DNA of 64,000 nucleotides from Oscillospiraceae bacterium (GTDB lineage Bacteria; Bacillota; Clostridia; Oscillospirales; CAG-272): NCBI GenBank assembly GCA_022009675.1, contig CP091718.1, positions 1,609,225 to 1,673,224 of the forward strand, read 5' to 3'. Shown piece by piece: positions 52,654 to 62,856 of this stretch (position 1 is its first letter; each line of letters starts with the position of its first letter). The notes under the pieces were generated by a model. It saw only the letters and a program-made list of their open reading frames with translations, ran no database searches and was not told where the DNA came from. The position numbers and the translations under genes were made by a program.

Positions 52654-53730
52654 GGCAGACAACTGGCAACGGCAGCGAAAGGAACGTATGTGCTGTCGTA
52701 TGACTACAATGACGAAGGCATCCGTACCAAGAAGGTGGTCAACGGGGTTGAACACACGTATCACCTGTCCGGTTCGCAGATCGTGGCAGAGGAATGGGGC
52801 AGCGACCTGTGCGTGTACCTGTACGATGCAGACGGCTCGCCGATCGGGATGCAGTACCGCACGACAAGCATGGCGAAGGGCGATTTCTACACTTTCTGGT
52901 TTGAAAAGAACCTGCAGGGGGACATCGTTGCCGTCTATAATGAAAGCGGAACCAAGGTATATACCTATCAGTATGATGCATGGGGCAACTGCACGGCTAC
53001 GCCAGTCAGCAGTATCGGAGCCAATATTTATGCACAGTATAATCCCTTCCGTTACCGCGGGTACTATTACGATTCCGAACTCGGGATGTACTACTTGCAG
53101 AGTCGGTATTATGACCCGGCAGTGGGGCGGTTTATTAATGCGGACGGGCAACTGAACCCTGGGGTACTGGGGAGTAATATGTATGCGTACTGTAACAATA
53201 ATCCTATTATGGGAACAGATGAAACCGGTAGAGGATGGCTCGGGGCTCTCGTAGGCGGACTCTGTGGTGCGATCGTTGGTGGAGCATTTGGCGCATTGTC
53301 CGCAATCACTTCAGGTGGTGATATTGGTGCTGGCATTGCCATTGGTGCAATAAATGGTGGGATATGTGGTGCTATTGGCGGGAGTATTGCTGAAGACGTT
53401 GCCACTGGTGGTATATCTTCTGTTGGAACGGCAACGATGCTTTTAGCAATAGATGCATGCTTTATCGCTGGAGTTGCATCTGATATTGCATCACAGTGCA
53501 TCAATTCTCAACCGCAAAGTATAAGTGAAATAGATGGATATTCAGCATTACGTGCAGGAGTACAAAATGTAGTCATCACGACCCTGTCCATTACACCTGC
53601 TACTTTGGGTTCTGTGGGGATTGCCGGAGACATTGTGCTGGGCACAGTATTTACAACCTGCTATCATCTACAGGGCAATGGATTTATAACACTGTTGAAG
53701 ACAGTATACGCCAACGAGAAAAAGGAGTAA
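52654..53730 (+). pseudogene. orphan RHS core fragment + glycine-zipper membrane toxin
   Basis: The core is near-identical to 55032-55497. The tail reads YCNNNPIMGTDETGR. The CT reads GWLGALVGGLCGAIVGGAFGALSAITSGGDIGAGIAIGAINGGICGAIGG. Confidence 0.8.
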
Positions 53731-53757
53731 GAAATCCGACAAAGGAGGTCATTCCCA

Positions 53758-54390
53758 TTGGCTAATATGTACCGAAAATTTTCTGTCATGCAGAAAAGTT
53801 CATTTTATGCCGGAATCGTTAGCTGTTTATGTGCTGTGACATTGTTTATCATTCCGATTTTCTTGGACCTTGACAATCGATTCATTCTCTTGCTATTGGC
53901 ATATGCCCTGCCTTTTTCCGCCTTTTTGGCTGTCGGCGGTATCGTCCTTATGATCAAGTGCCGTTTGTTCCTGTATCAAATTTATATTGAAAGTCAAGGC
54001 ATTTCAATCGTTACGAAAGCTGGAAAAGTCAAAAAATCATTTGATTGGACAAGTATAAGGAAACTGGCGCTGTGTGAAGATCATGGAAGACGTTATGTAT
54101 GTATTTCTACCGATCCTGACTTATCGCCCGAATATACACACATGTATGGCATCATCATGGCACCGTTTCATTGTAAAAATTGCATTTCATTCCCTGTGGA
54201 TCCCGTATTGATAGAAACTTTGGAAAATCATTCGTCCCGCTCCGGCGTTGTTTTAGAACATACCGGTTCCATCAAAAACGGTCCCATACAATCAACCCGG
54301 AAAATCAGTGGTCCCATCGTTCTCATTGCCTTCATTGCGCTAATCATGTGCCTCATATTGCTTGTTTGGTCTATTCTGTTCTTATCGTAA
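53758..54390 (+). CDS. polytopic membrane protein, immunity candidate
   Basis: 210 aa, hydrophobic at both ends, directly downstream of the toxin ORF. Confidence 0.5.
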   Translation: MANMYRKFSVMQKSSFYAGIVSCLCAVTLFIIPIFLDLDNRFILLLLAYALPFSAFLAVGGIVLMIKCRLFLYQIYIESQGISIVTKAGKVKKSFDWTSIRKLALCEDHGRRYVCISTDPDLSPEYTHMYGIIMAPFHCKNCISFPVDPVLIETLENHSSRSGVVLEHTGSIKNGPIQSTRKISGPIVLIAFIALIMCLILLVWSILFLS

Positions 54391-54714
54391 AACGAAATAT
54401 TACCAGGGCAATTTATACGGTTGTTCGCGTGGAAGGAGGAGGCAGAAATTGCCGGAAAAGTACCGTCGGATAATACGTGCCATTCATTGCACCGAATCAC
54501 GGTTTGCAAATTGCCGGGAACAAATACGGGTTACAATCGTTTTCCAATCACCTGTACTTGGTCGCTCATGGTTTGATTTCGCATGTGTCATATGAGCAGT
54601 TGAATGGCTATTCAAACAATTACATAACTTCATTTTCGGTGCGAATGGTCAATTGCCCAGGACGATAACTTCCATCTGAAGGATTTCTTGTCGTTGTAAA
54701 TGATAGAATAAAGC

Positions 54715-56183
54715 CTAACAGGCACGCCAAATCATACCGTTATGTATACGACGACCTGGGACAACTGCTCCGCGAGGACAACAGTGTCAAAAACCGCACG
54801 TATGTATATTCCTACGATCATGCCGGAAACATTCTGTCCAAGAAAGCCTATACCCTGACAGCGGAGGGAGAAACACCGTCAACGCTGTATAGCACAAACA
54901 CATACGGCTACAATGATGCGGACTGGGGAGATCTTCTGACATCGTTCAACGGGCATACAATTACCTATGACGCCATTGGAAATCCGTTGAATTATTACAA
55001 CGGTTCCAGTTTTAGCTTCACCTGGAAGAATGGCAGACAACTGGCAACGGCAGCGAAAGGAACGTATGTGCTGTCGTATGACTACAATGACGAAGGCATC
55101 CGTACCAAGAAGGTGGTCAACGGGGTTGAACACACGTATTACCTGTCCGGTTCGCAGATCGTGGCGGAGAAATGGGGCGGCAACCTGTGCGTGTACCTGT
55201 ACGATGCAGACGGCTCGCCGATCGGGATGCAGTACCGCACGACAAGCATGGCGGAGGGCGATTTCTACACTTTCTGGTTTGAAAAGAACCTGCAGGGAGA
55301 TATTGTTGCCGTCTATAATGAAAGCGGAACCAAGGTATACACCTATCAGTATGATGCATGGGGCAACTGCACGGCTACGCCAGTCAGCAGTATCGGAGCC
55401 AATATTTATGCACAGTATAATCCCTTCCGTTACCGTGGGTACTATTACGATTCCGAACTCGGGATGTACTACTTGCAGAGTCGGTATTATGACCCGGCTA
55501 TTGGCAGATTTATTAATTCTGATGGACAGTTGAACGGTGGGCTGTTAGGCTATAATCAATTTGCGTATTGTGCAAATAATCCCGTGATGAATGTTGATCC
55601 GGACGGAGAGTTTTTTGTTTCAATGACTCTTATATGTGTAGCAGCATTTGCTACAATCGGAGCTATAGCAGGTGGTGTAGCAGGTTATAAATATGCTGAA
55701 GAAAAAGGTGTAGATAAAAGTGACACTTGGAAATATGTTGCAGGTGGTTCTATTGGAGGCGGAATTATCGGCGGGATTGCTGGATATTTTATAGCACCTG
55801 CCATTACCGCTATAACAGGTGTAGCTGGAATATCTGTTACAGCAGAAGGTGTTACTATTGTTGGAACTGGCAGTGTGTTAGCAGAACAAGCAGTTGAAGG
55901 AGTGTATTATCAAGTGACATCTTCTCAAGCTGCTCAGCAAATTGCACAAACGGAACAATTAATACCCTCTCAAGTAGAAAAAAGTGTTTGTGTATTAAAC
56001 TTTCAACCAACATTAGATCAAGCAAGACAGTTGGGCGCATATTCATGTGATACGGTTATTCGCTTTCGAACAAATTGTTCAACTTTTATTCCAGATACGA
56101 CTGTTGGATTCGAAGGTGCATTCAGAAATATGATCGATGGTGCAGTAAAGATATTTGATATTGTCGAGGTTGGATTCAAATGA
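54715..56183 (+). pseudogene. orphan RHS core fragment + C-terminal toxin
   Basis: The frame is open from 54669. YVYDDLGQLLREDN...YCANNPVMNVDPDGE, then a TM/Gly-rich segment and a ~110-aa unknown domain. Confidence 0.85.
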
Positions 56184-56821
56184 TAAATATAATTGAATTG
56201 CGAAATTATCGAGATTGGACAATATGTGAGTCCATAGATAAACGATGTAAAGAGGGGTTCCCTGATTATTTCGTATAAATTCGCTCATGGGTGTTCATAT
56301 GGCTTAATAAGTGATTTTTGGGTGTGGAAGCTGGGCATTAAGTTCATGTATAGGAGGTCGTGGGCAATATAATGACGTTGGTTCCATTATAATAGATCAC
56401 ACCAATGTTAATGCGGATTTTCTCAGGGCTCATTCGGCTTTCTATAGCAGAACAAGATTTCCCAGAATTAGAATTGCATAGTAATATAAATACGCCTCGC
56501 GATTATATATCGTCAGCAATTGATTTAGGAGGTTTTAATTACACACTTGATGATATAAAGATGACTTTTCATCTGACTGATAATCGATTTGACCGGCCAT
56601 TAAATGAGGCAAGCGGTGAAATTTGGAGTATTTCCGTAGCAATACATTATGCACTTGGAAAAGATATTTTTTGTTTTCCGTGGCTAAATGCATTAGATTT
56701 TTCACGTTATCAAGCTATGGTGGAATTGGGGATAATTGATTTTTTAAAAAGAAAAAGACAAGATTATTCTGATTCCGACAAGTCAAAAAACACTTGCAAA
56801 AAAAGTATTGTGATTCGATAA
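56180..56821 (+). pseudogene. immunity candidate, frameshifted
   Basis: The ATG overlaps the toxin stop (ATGA). MINIIELRNYRDWTICES... continues in ORF 56405-56821. Confidence 0.35.
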
Positions 56822-56952
56822 TTCAAGTTGGATGTATATAAAGGGAACCTCTAAAAATTCTGATGCTGACGAATCCGCGGCATCTTTTCCCGTCATATTT
56901 TACAAAATTTCTTCGCGTAGCCCCAACTACGCGCGCGAAATTTTGTTTCATC

Positions 56953-57439
56953 TACCTATGATGCATGGGGCAACTGCACGGCTACGCCAGTCAGCAGTAT
57001 CGGAGCCAATATTTATGCACAGTATAATCCCTTCCGTTACCGCGGGTACTATTACGATTCCGAACTCGGGATGTACTACTTGCAGAGTCGGTATTATGAT
57101 CCGGCAGTGGGGCGGTTTATTAATGCGGACGAGAGTGATTATCTCGGTACTGACAACAGTTTAATAGGCTATAATTTATTTGCTTATTGTGATAATAATC
57201 CAGTAATGAATATTGATCCATCTGGTACATTCAGTTGGAAAAAACTATCAGCCATTGTCGCGGTTACCGCCATTATAGTTGTAAGTGTGGTAGCAACTGT
57301 TGCAACTTTTGGGGCAGCATCGGTGGCTGGCACCATAGCGATAACATCTGCAATCACAATTGCGGCAAAAAGCTACCGAGGTAGCAGTTTTTACAAGGCA
57401 AAAAAAGCACACAAGATGGAGATGATGCTTCAAATGTAA
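56953..57439 (+). pseudogene. orphan RHS core tail + TM-rich C-terminal segment
   Basis: YDAWGNCTATPVSSIGANIYAQYNPFRYRGYYYDSELGMYYLQSRYYDPAVGRFINAD...YCDNNPVMNIDPSGT, then AIVAVTAIIVVSVVATVATFGAAS. It probably continues in another frame. Confidence 0.7.
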
Positions 57440-58044
57440 TTGATGATATGGTCAATTCTGTATTCGATAATGGGGCGAAGATAATTGGAATCACTCCTGC
57501 CACAAAAGCCATCGGATTTGGATCTGGCTTTTTATTCTCAATCGGCACCTTTCCAAGATTCATTAGAATTGATGAAACTCGATGGTAGCTTAAAAGGCTT
57601 ACCAGGCAGTGCCGCTGGAGAATTTATTAATAGATTCGGAAATGCAAGAGAATTTTTGTCAATGCCAACATCTAAGATGGGTTATTTTATTTCATACGGT
57701 TTTTGCCGCAATAGCTGTTGGTAATACGATTTATTCGTGTTTTGCAAGTAATCCGGCAAAAAGAGCGGCAAAAGGGGGTATTCAGTGAAATGAAACTTAA
57801 AACCATATTAAGAAAAATGCTTCTAATTATGTCAATTATCTTGTTCCTTTTTGTTTTTATATTGCTGGACTCATTTGTGTTATAGATGCTTATTTTTGCC
57901 AGTTTTTTACAATTTTCTTTTCATACTTAGATTCAATAGGACTAACAACCACTGTAATATTAGTGATAGAATGGAGTTCGTTTATTGTGGGCTTCTTGCT
58001 TTATTCTTTGTATGAAAGATTATAGCATTGACAGTTGAAGATAC

Positions 58045-58827
58045 ATGCACTCTTGCTTAGGTGTTGTCGGCGCAGCTGCTTGGGGTGAACTCGCGGGTCT
58101 TCAGATGTATCGGATGCAAAATCCAAATCCCAATCCATCATCCAAGTCTGTTACCAGCAGTCCTTGTGATGGGACCTGCTTTGTTGCCGGAACCTTAGTG
58201 GAAACGGAAAACGGCAGTCTGCCCATTGAACAGATAACAGCTGGCATGTTGGTGTATGCAACAGATCCGGAAACCGGGGAAACAGAACTCAAAGAAGTTG
58301 TAAATAGTTTTGTCCGTGAGAGTAGCGAACTTGTACATATTACTGTAAACGGCGAAGAGATCACCGCGACACCAACACACCCGTTCTGGGTACCACAAAG
58401 GGGTTGGACTGACGCAATAGACCTCCGTGCCGGGGATAGGCTTCAACTTCTTAATGGCGAATATGTGATCATCGAACAGGTTCAGCATGAACTGCTTGAA
58501 AGCCCGGAGACAACATATAATTTCGAGGTCAAAGATTTCCATACCTATTATGTTGGTGAACAAGGTATATTCACTCACAATATGTGCAAAAAGGCACAAA
58601 TAAAGAATCCATCCAAGAGTGAAAGTAGAGTATGGAAAGGTTTTAAGAATTCTAAGAATGGTCTTAAGACTTCTGGTTCAGGAAAAAATCAAAGATTCTA
58701 TTCCTGGGACAACCTACACAATGAAATCGAAGTTTTTGACCGCTTAGGAAAACATCTTGGTGTAATGGATCCAACAACTGGTGAAATGATAAAAAGTGCA
58801 GTTAAAGGAAGGTGGTTAAAATTATAA
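58045..58827 (+). CDS. Hint (pre-toxin) domain + colicin E3-like rRNase toxin, N-terminally orphaned
   Basis: CFVAGTLVETENG...FHTYYVGEQGIFTHN (Hint ends). The C-terminus RFYSWDNLHNEIEVFDRLGKHLGVMDPTTGEMIKSAVKGR aligns by eye with colicin E3 IYEWDSQHGELEGYRASDGQHLGSFDPKTGNQLKGPDPKR, including D, H and E. Confidence 0.8.
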   Translation: MHSCLGVVGAAAWGELAGLQMYRMQNPNPNPSSKSVTSSPCDGTCFVAGTLVETENGSLPIEQITAGMLVYATDPETGETELKEVVNSFVRESSELVHITVNGEEITATPTHPFWVPQRGWTDAIDLRAGDRLQLLNGEYVIIEQVQHELLESPETTYNFEVKDFHTYYVGEQGIFTHNMCKKAQIKNPSKSESRVWKGFKNSKNGLKTSGSGKNQRFYSWDNLHNEIEVFDRLGKHLGVMDPTTGEMIKSAVKGRWLKL

Positions 58828-58856
58828 CTAAATTCTCGAATATGTGTTGCAACAAT

Positions 58857-59105
58857 ATGCTATATTATACTCAACACAACATAATAGCATACAATGAAGT
58901 ATTTGATGAGTTTGGGATACTGTTGAACGAAGATGATACATCTATTATCTTGCTAGAGTATTGTCCTTGGTGCGGTCAAAAGCTTCCCTCTTCACAAAGG
59001 GAGAAATGGTTTGAAGAACTCGAAGCCCTAGGCTTTGTTTCCCCATTGTTCGACGATAATATACCGGTTGAGTATAAAAGTAAAAAGTGGCGAGAAAAAA
59101 GCTAA
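58857..59105 (+). CDS. immunity candidate for the E3-like toxin
   Basis: MLYYTQHNIIAYNEVFDEFGI...EYCPWCGQKLPSSQREKWFEELEALGF. It lies directly downstream of the toxin. Confidence 0.5.
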   Translation: MLYYTQHNIIAYNEVFDEFGILLNEDDTSIILLEYCPWCGQKLPSSQREKWFEELEALGFVSPLFDDNIPVEYKSKKWREKS

Positions 59106-59310
59106 GGAACTGCTGAATAACTCGCCTCCAAATCTCCCGAACATTCAATCATGCATAAAATGATGAATAAAACATCAAGGATCACAAGCAAAAGTCGAAA
59201 AACAGCCACGCAAGCACCGACTGAGCGAGCCTGTGCAAAATTTTCTGTAAATACCGAAGAAATGTGGTATAATGGTATAATAGGAAGAGAGCACAGGAAG
59301 GAAGAGAAAA

Positions 59311-59652
59311 ATGGGAAGACCAAGGAAATCCCCGTCGATGAGTGACGGGAAAAGAGAGATCATAGCCAGATTGATTGAGGAATACGACATCAGATCCGCA
59401 GAAGATATTCAGAATGCTCTGCGGGATCTGTTGGGCAGAACCATTCAGGGAATGATGGAAGGAGAAATGGAAACGCAGAAAAAGGAAAAGCAGGAGGAAG
59501 ATCCGGCTTACACCGATCCTCGGAATGGCTACAAAACCAAGACGCTCCGTTCCAACTATGGACCTGTGGAAGTGAATGTCCCTCAAGATCGCAAGAGCGA
59601 TTACGATCCAAAGATCGTGCCGAAGTACGGTCGGGACATCTCCGATGTATGA
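59311..59652 (+). mobile_element. IS256-family transposase, N-terminal fragment
   Basis: DIQNALRDLLGRTIQGMMEGEMET...RNGYKTKTLRSNYGPVEVNVPQDRKSDYDPKIVPKYGRDIS. Confidence 0.75.
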
Positions 59653-59794
59653 TGTGTTGTTGCAAGCGGCATTTCATCGAGGAGCAGAGTTCCCGCCCGC
59701 TTTTCATTGGGGCATACGGGTATTGCAAAGATTCAAATGCCGTGTGCGAAGGCTGTACAAAGAATAACATCCGAAAATTATCAAAATCAAACCC

Positions 59795-59823
59795 TTGACA
59801 TATGGATTGATTTATGATACAAT
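59795..59823 (+). promoter_or_regulatory. sigma-70-like promoter
   Basis: TTGACA (59795-59800), 17 nt, TACAAT (59818-59823). Confidence 0.5.
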
Positions 59824-59861
59824 AACAACGTAAAATTCAGATACAAAAGGGGGTGGGCAAA

Positions 59862-59912
59862 ATGACTGAACTGATAATGATAAAATCAATTGCCATTTTG
59901 TCCACGGACTGA
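59862..59912 (+). CDS. 16-aa leader peptide candidate
   Basis: GGGGGTG RBS about 7 nt upstream, then ATG ACT GAA CTG ATA ATG ATA AAA TCA ATT GCC ATT TTG TCC ACG GAC TGA (MTELIMIKSIAILSTD). Confidence 0.4.
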   Translation: MTELIMIKSIAILSTD

Positions 59913-59937
59913 CATATACCGTTTTCTTTACAGTCGG

Positions 59938-59975
59938 AATGCTCTTGATTTTATCAGGAGCATTTTATTTTTGAA
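59938..59975 (+). terminator. intrinsic terminator / attenuator
   Basis: AATGCTCTTG-7 nt-CAGGAGCATT then TTATTTTT, 15 nt before the GNAT start codon. Confidence 0.55.
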
Positions 59976-59989
59976 AAGAGGTAACGTTC

Positions 59990-60890
59990 ATGAAAGAAAT
60001 CATCACAATTCGGGCAAGTAAATTTTTAAGCGACGAACTTGCAAAAAAAGTCGCGCAAATGTGCTAGGGGAACATCAGCGTCGCAATATGTAAACTGCGT
60101 GCGTAAAGATGTTTTCGATGGGCTTACAGACGAAAAACGATTGTTTTGAGGTAATCGCAGTGACAGCGAAAGGAGAAGTTGTCGGCAGGGCACACTGCAT
60201 CCGCAACGAAACCGATTTTTTTCGCTCTGGTGCTACGGCGATCTTTTTGTAACACCGGAATACCGGAGAATGGGAATAGCACGGCAGATGGCAGAAACGG
60301 CGATAAGCCGTCTTTCCGAAATGGGGGCGGCTGTTCTTCGCTGCTATGTCGATCCGGACAATATGCCGAGCCGAAATTTACAGAAATCGATCGGATTTGA
60401 AGAGAAGCCTTTTAAAACATTCAACCTTTTAGATAACGACGGGGAAATAATGTATGAAATCAAAATTCCGAGTTGCTTTTGCGTGATTCCCGCGACGTCA
60501 GATGAGGCTTATTTTTGTCAGGATAATGTTTGTTCAGAACAAAAATGAGCTGAAAACAGAAAATATCAGCTTACATGAATGGAAAGAATTACTTTCCGCC
60601 GATAATTCCGATGAAAAGCATTTTCTGGTATGCAAAGGAGCCGTGCCTGCCTGCTATATGCGTTTTAGCGGAGTATCGGGCGAAAGGAAAGCACGCATAT
60701 CCATGCTTTTTTTGTAGCAAAAGAGCTTCAGCGGTGCGGCGCGGGAACTTTTGCTTTGCATTTTGCGGAGCAATATGCCAAAGAAAACGGTTTTGATTTT
60801 ATCGTAGCTTCGGTGGATAAAAACAATACGGCAGCCGGAAATTGCTTTCTGAAATGCGGATATACGGCATCGGAGCAAAAATTCTATGGC
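59990..60890 (+). pseudogene. GNAT-family acetyltransferase (two GNAT-like halves), frameshifted
   Basis: LFVTPEYRRMGIARQMAETAISRL... and VAKELQRCGAGTFALHFAEQYAKENGFDFIVASVDKNNTAAGNCFLKCGY are spread over several frames. The end coordinate is approximate. Confidence 0.65.
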
Positions 60891-61034
60891 GGAATTTTGC
60901 AAAGCACTGTGATTTTCTTCTGTTCATATTCATTGCCGCCGCAAACGTTGCGCTTGGGGCGGTCACGATTCCCGCCTGGACGCCCTTCCTCCGTTATGCG
61001 CAGAATCTCGGAAATGCGGATGAAATTTTCCCAT

Positions 61035-61076
61035 TGTCATCTGTCATCTGTCATCTGTCATCTGTCATCCGTCATC
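61035..61076 (+). repeat. heptanucleotide tandem repeat (TGTCATC x5 + CGTCATC)
   Basis: Read directly: TGTCATC TGTCATC TGTCATC TGTCATC TGTCATC CGTCATC. Confidence 0.85.
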
Positions 61077-61210
61077 AAACTTGTATCCTTCTATATTGCG
61101 TATGCGGGGGGTGCCATCATCGGCAACATCTTCATCGGCTTGGGCAAAACGGGCGACACTGCCGTCAATTCTCTCGCAAATTTTTCATGATTATTTTTTT
61201 ACCCAAGTTA

Positions 61211-61239
61211 TTGACAGAATCAATTTCTTGTGCTATACT
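61211..61239 (+). promoter_or_regulatory. sigma-70-like promoter
   Basis: TTGACA (61211-61216), 17 nt, TATACT (61234-61239). Confidence 0.5.
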
Positions 61240-61245
61240 GTCGCT

Positions 61246-61375
61246 GGATAAAGTGGGTGCTTCTGCGTCCCTCTCGTTCAGTCTGGATGAGGAAAGTGAC
61301 GTGGGCGAGTTAACGTCCCTCTTGTTCAGTTTTTGATGAGGGAAGGGAAGCGGACGATTTAGTATCCGCTTTTTC
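61246..61375 (+). ncRNA. candidate short transcript with a duplicated ~31-nt motif
   Basis: It lies between the promoter at 61211 and a hairpin + T5 (61348-61375). CGTCCCTCTCGTTCAGTCTGGATGAGGAAAG (61266-61296) and CGTCCCTCTTGTTCAGTTTTTGATGAGGGAAG (61314-61345). Confidence 0.3.
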
Positions 61376-61544
61376 CGATGAGGTGTGAGAAACCGGCGAC
61401 TGGTCGCCCTTCTCCACCTCTTTTTACTTTATCAATATCATTGATATGCAAAATTGTTGCAACTGTTTTTTTAGCTATGCTACAATATATCCGATAAAAC
61501 ACCGCATAAAATATCGGGAAATATAATTTTTGCGATGATATAAT

Positions 61545-62470
61545 ATGTTTGACAGGAGGATGAATATGGACTGGATATGTGGAATTCAAAATGCGATAAA
61601 CTACATCGAAAATCACCTTACAGATGAAATTGATTACGAGGGAGGTTGCAAAGCAAAAGCTTTTCGTCAGGGTATCACTTTCAGCGGATTTTCGGTATAC
61701 TCTGCGGCTACACGCTCGGGGAGTATATCCGGCTCCGCAGATTATCGCTTGCGGGCGCGGAGCTTGCAAACGAAAAAGCAAAAGTGATTGACGTAGCTAT
61801 GAAATACGGGTATGACTCTCCGGACAGCTTCGCAAAAGCATTTCAAAAATTTCACGGCATCACTCCATCCGAAGCGCGCAGGAATGGTCAGATGCTCAGA
61901 TCCTTCTCCCGCCTGTCCATTCAAATTATATTGAAAGGCGGTAGCACCATGAATTACAAGAATTGAAGAAAAAGAAGAAATGATACTGACGGGCTATAAG
62001 CGTCATTTTTTTCGGACGTTCCCGGAGAACGTGCAGAACAGGAAGAAGAAATGTATGTAAAAACAAGACCGTTACAGTACATTCTCCAAGCTCTTTCGGG
62101 TGATCATGTAAGCAATTTTGACGTCATTACCAACATTGACGACAACGGATACGACTTTTATATCGCAGGCCGGTTGTCCGAATATTATCGCAATAATCTC
62201 AACAAGGATGAAGTCTTGGGGAAAGAATTTGCCGGGTATTATCAAAATATCACGATTCCAAAATGCACCTATGCGATATTTGAAACCGAGAGATGTGCGT
62301 ATCCAACGCTGATATTCCTTGAGCTGAGGAAAAAAATCGCAAGCGAATGGCTGCCGAATTCGGGATATGTGCTGAAAGATGCTCCTGAGCTTGTGGTAAC
62401 ACACTGGTACGGGGGAGAGAAGCGCAATCAGAGATACCGCGAGCTTTGGATTCCAATCGAAAAAAGATAG
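61545..62470 (+). pseudogene. AraC-family regulator with GyrI-like effector domain, frameshifted
   Basis: MDWICGIQNAINYIENHLTDEIDYE..., YHFQRIFGILCGYTLGEYIRLRRL, YGYDSPDSFAKAFQKFHGITPSEAR, and the GyrI-like ORF 62051-62470. Confidence 0.75.
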
Positions 62471-62476
62471 TTTTTT

Positions 62477-62602
62477 GCCCCGCTTCGGCGGGGCTTTCTT
62501 TGTTTCCTGCGGCGCAGATTCTGATGCCCTACATTGCTTCCAAAACAGTCGCACGCGCCTTTATGTGTTTGCTTGTAATTACCCTTCTTTTGCATTCAAA
62601 TG
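62477..62602 (+). repeat. intergenic repeat R, copy 2
   Basis: GCCCCGC-TTCG-GCGGGGC followed by CTTTCTTTGTTTCCTGCGGCGCAG...TTGCATTCAAATG. Its last 3 nt (ATG) are shared with the start of the PTP repeat. Confidence 0.7.
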
Positions 62603-62856
62603 AACAGATCGTATTTGTCATAGTCGCTCTTTTGCAGTTGCACCGCGCGTTTGCCGCCACAAGACAGCCCGTGTCTCTCAAGCTCGGCTTTCGCCGGCGG
62701 ATAGACCGGATTGCCGATGCCGTTCCAAATTTCTTCCGTGCTTGTAGCGGAAGAAGCGACTAAAAAGCGATCCGCCACGCCTTGCTTTTTCGCAAGGTCT
62801 TTGAAAATAAACTCTGCCATCGGACTGCGGCAGATATTGCCGTGGCAGACGAACAT
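62596..62856 (-). pseudogene. LMW protein-tyrosine phosphatase, 5' fragment (first 86 codons)
   Basis: The protein is identical to residues 1-86 of 6589-7053. It ends where repeat R begins. Confidence 0.9.

Noticed and set aside
35548-59105. A CRISPR array, because of the many regularly recurring repeats.
   Set aside because: The repeats are hundreds of bp long, are protein-coding (RHS core) and are irregularly spaced. The only short tandem repeat (61035-61076) has 7-nt units without spacers.
61266-61400. A hammerhead ribozyme (GATGAG...GAAAC) or a guanidine-II (mini-ykkC) riboswitch.
   Set aside because: There is no CUGAUGA core with a stem II, and the hairpin loops are not ACGR. The resemblance is limited to a few nucleotides.
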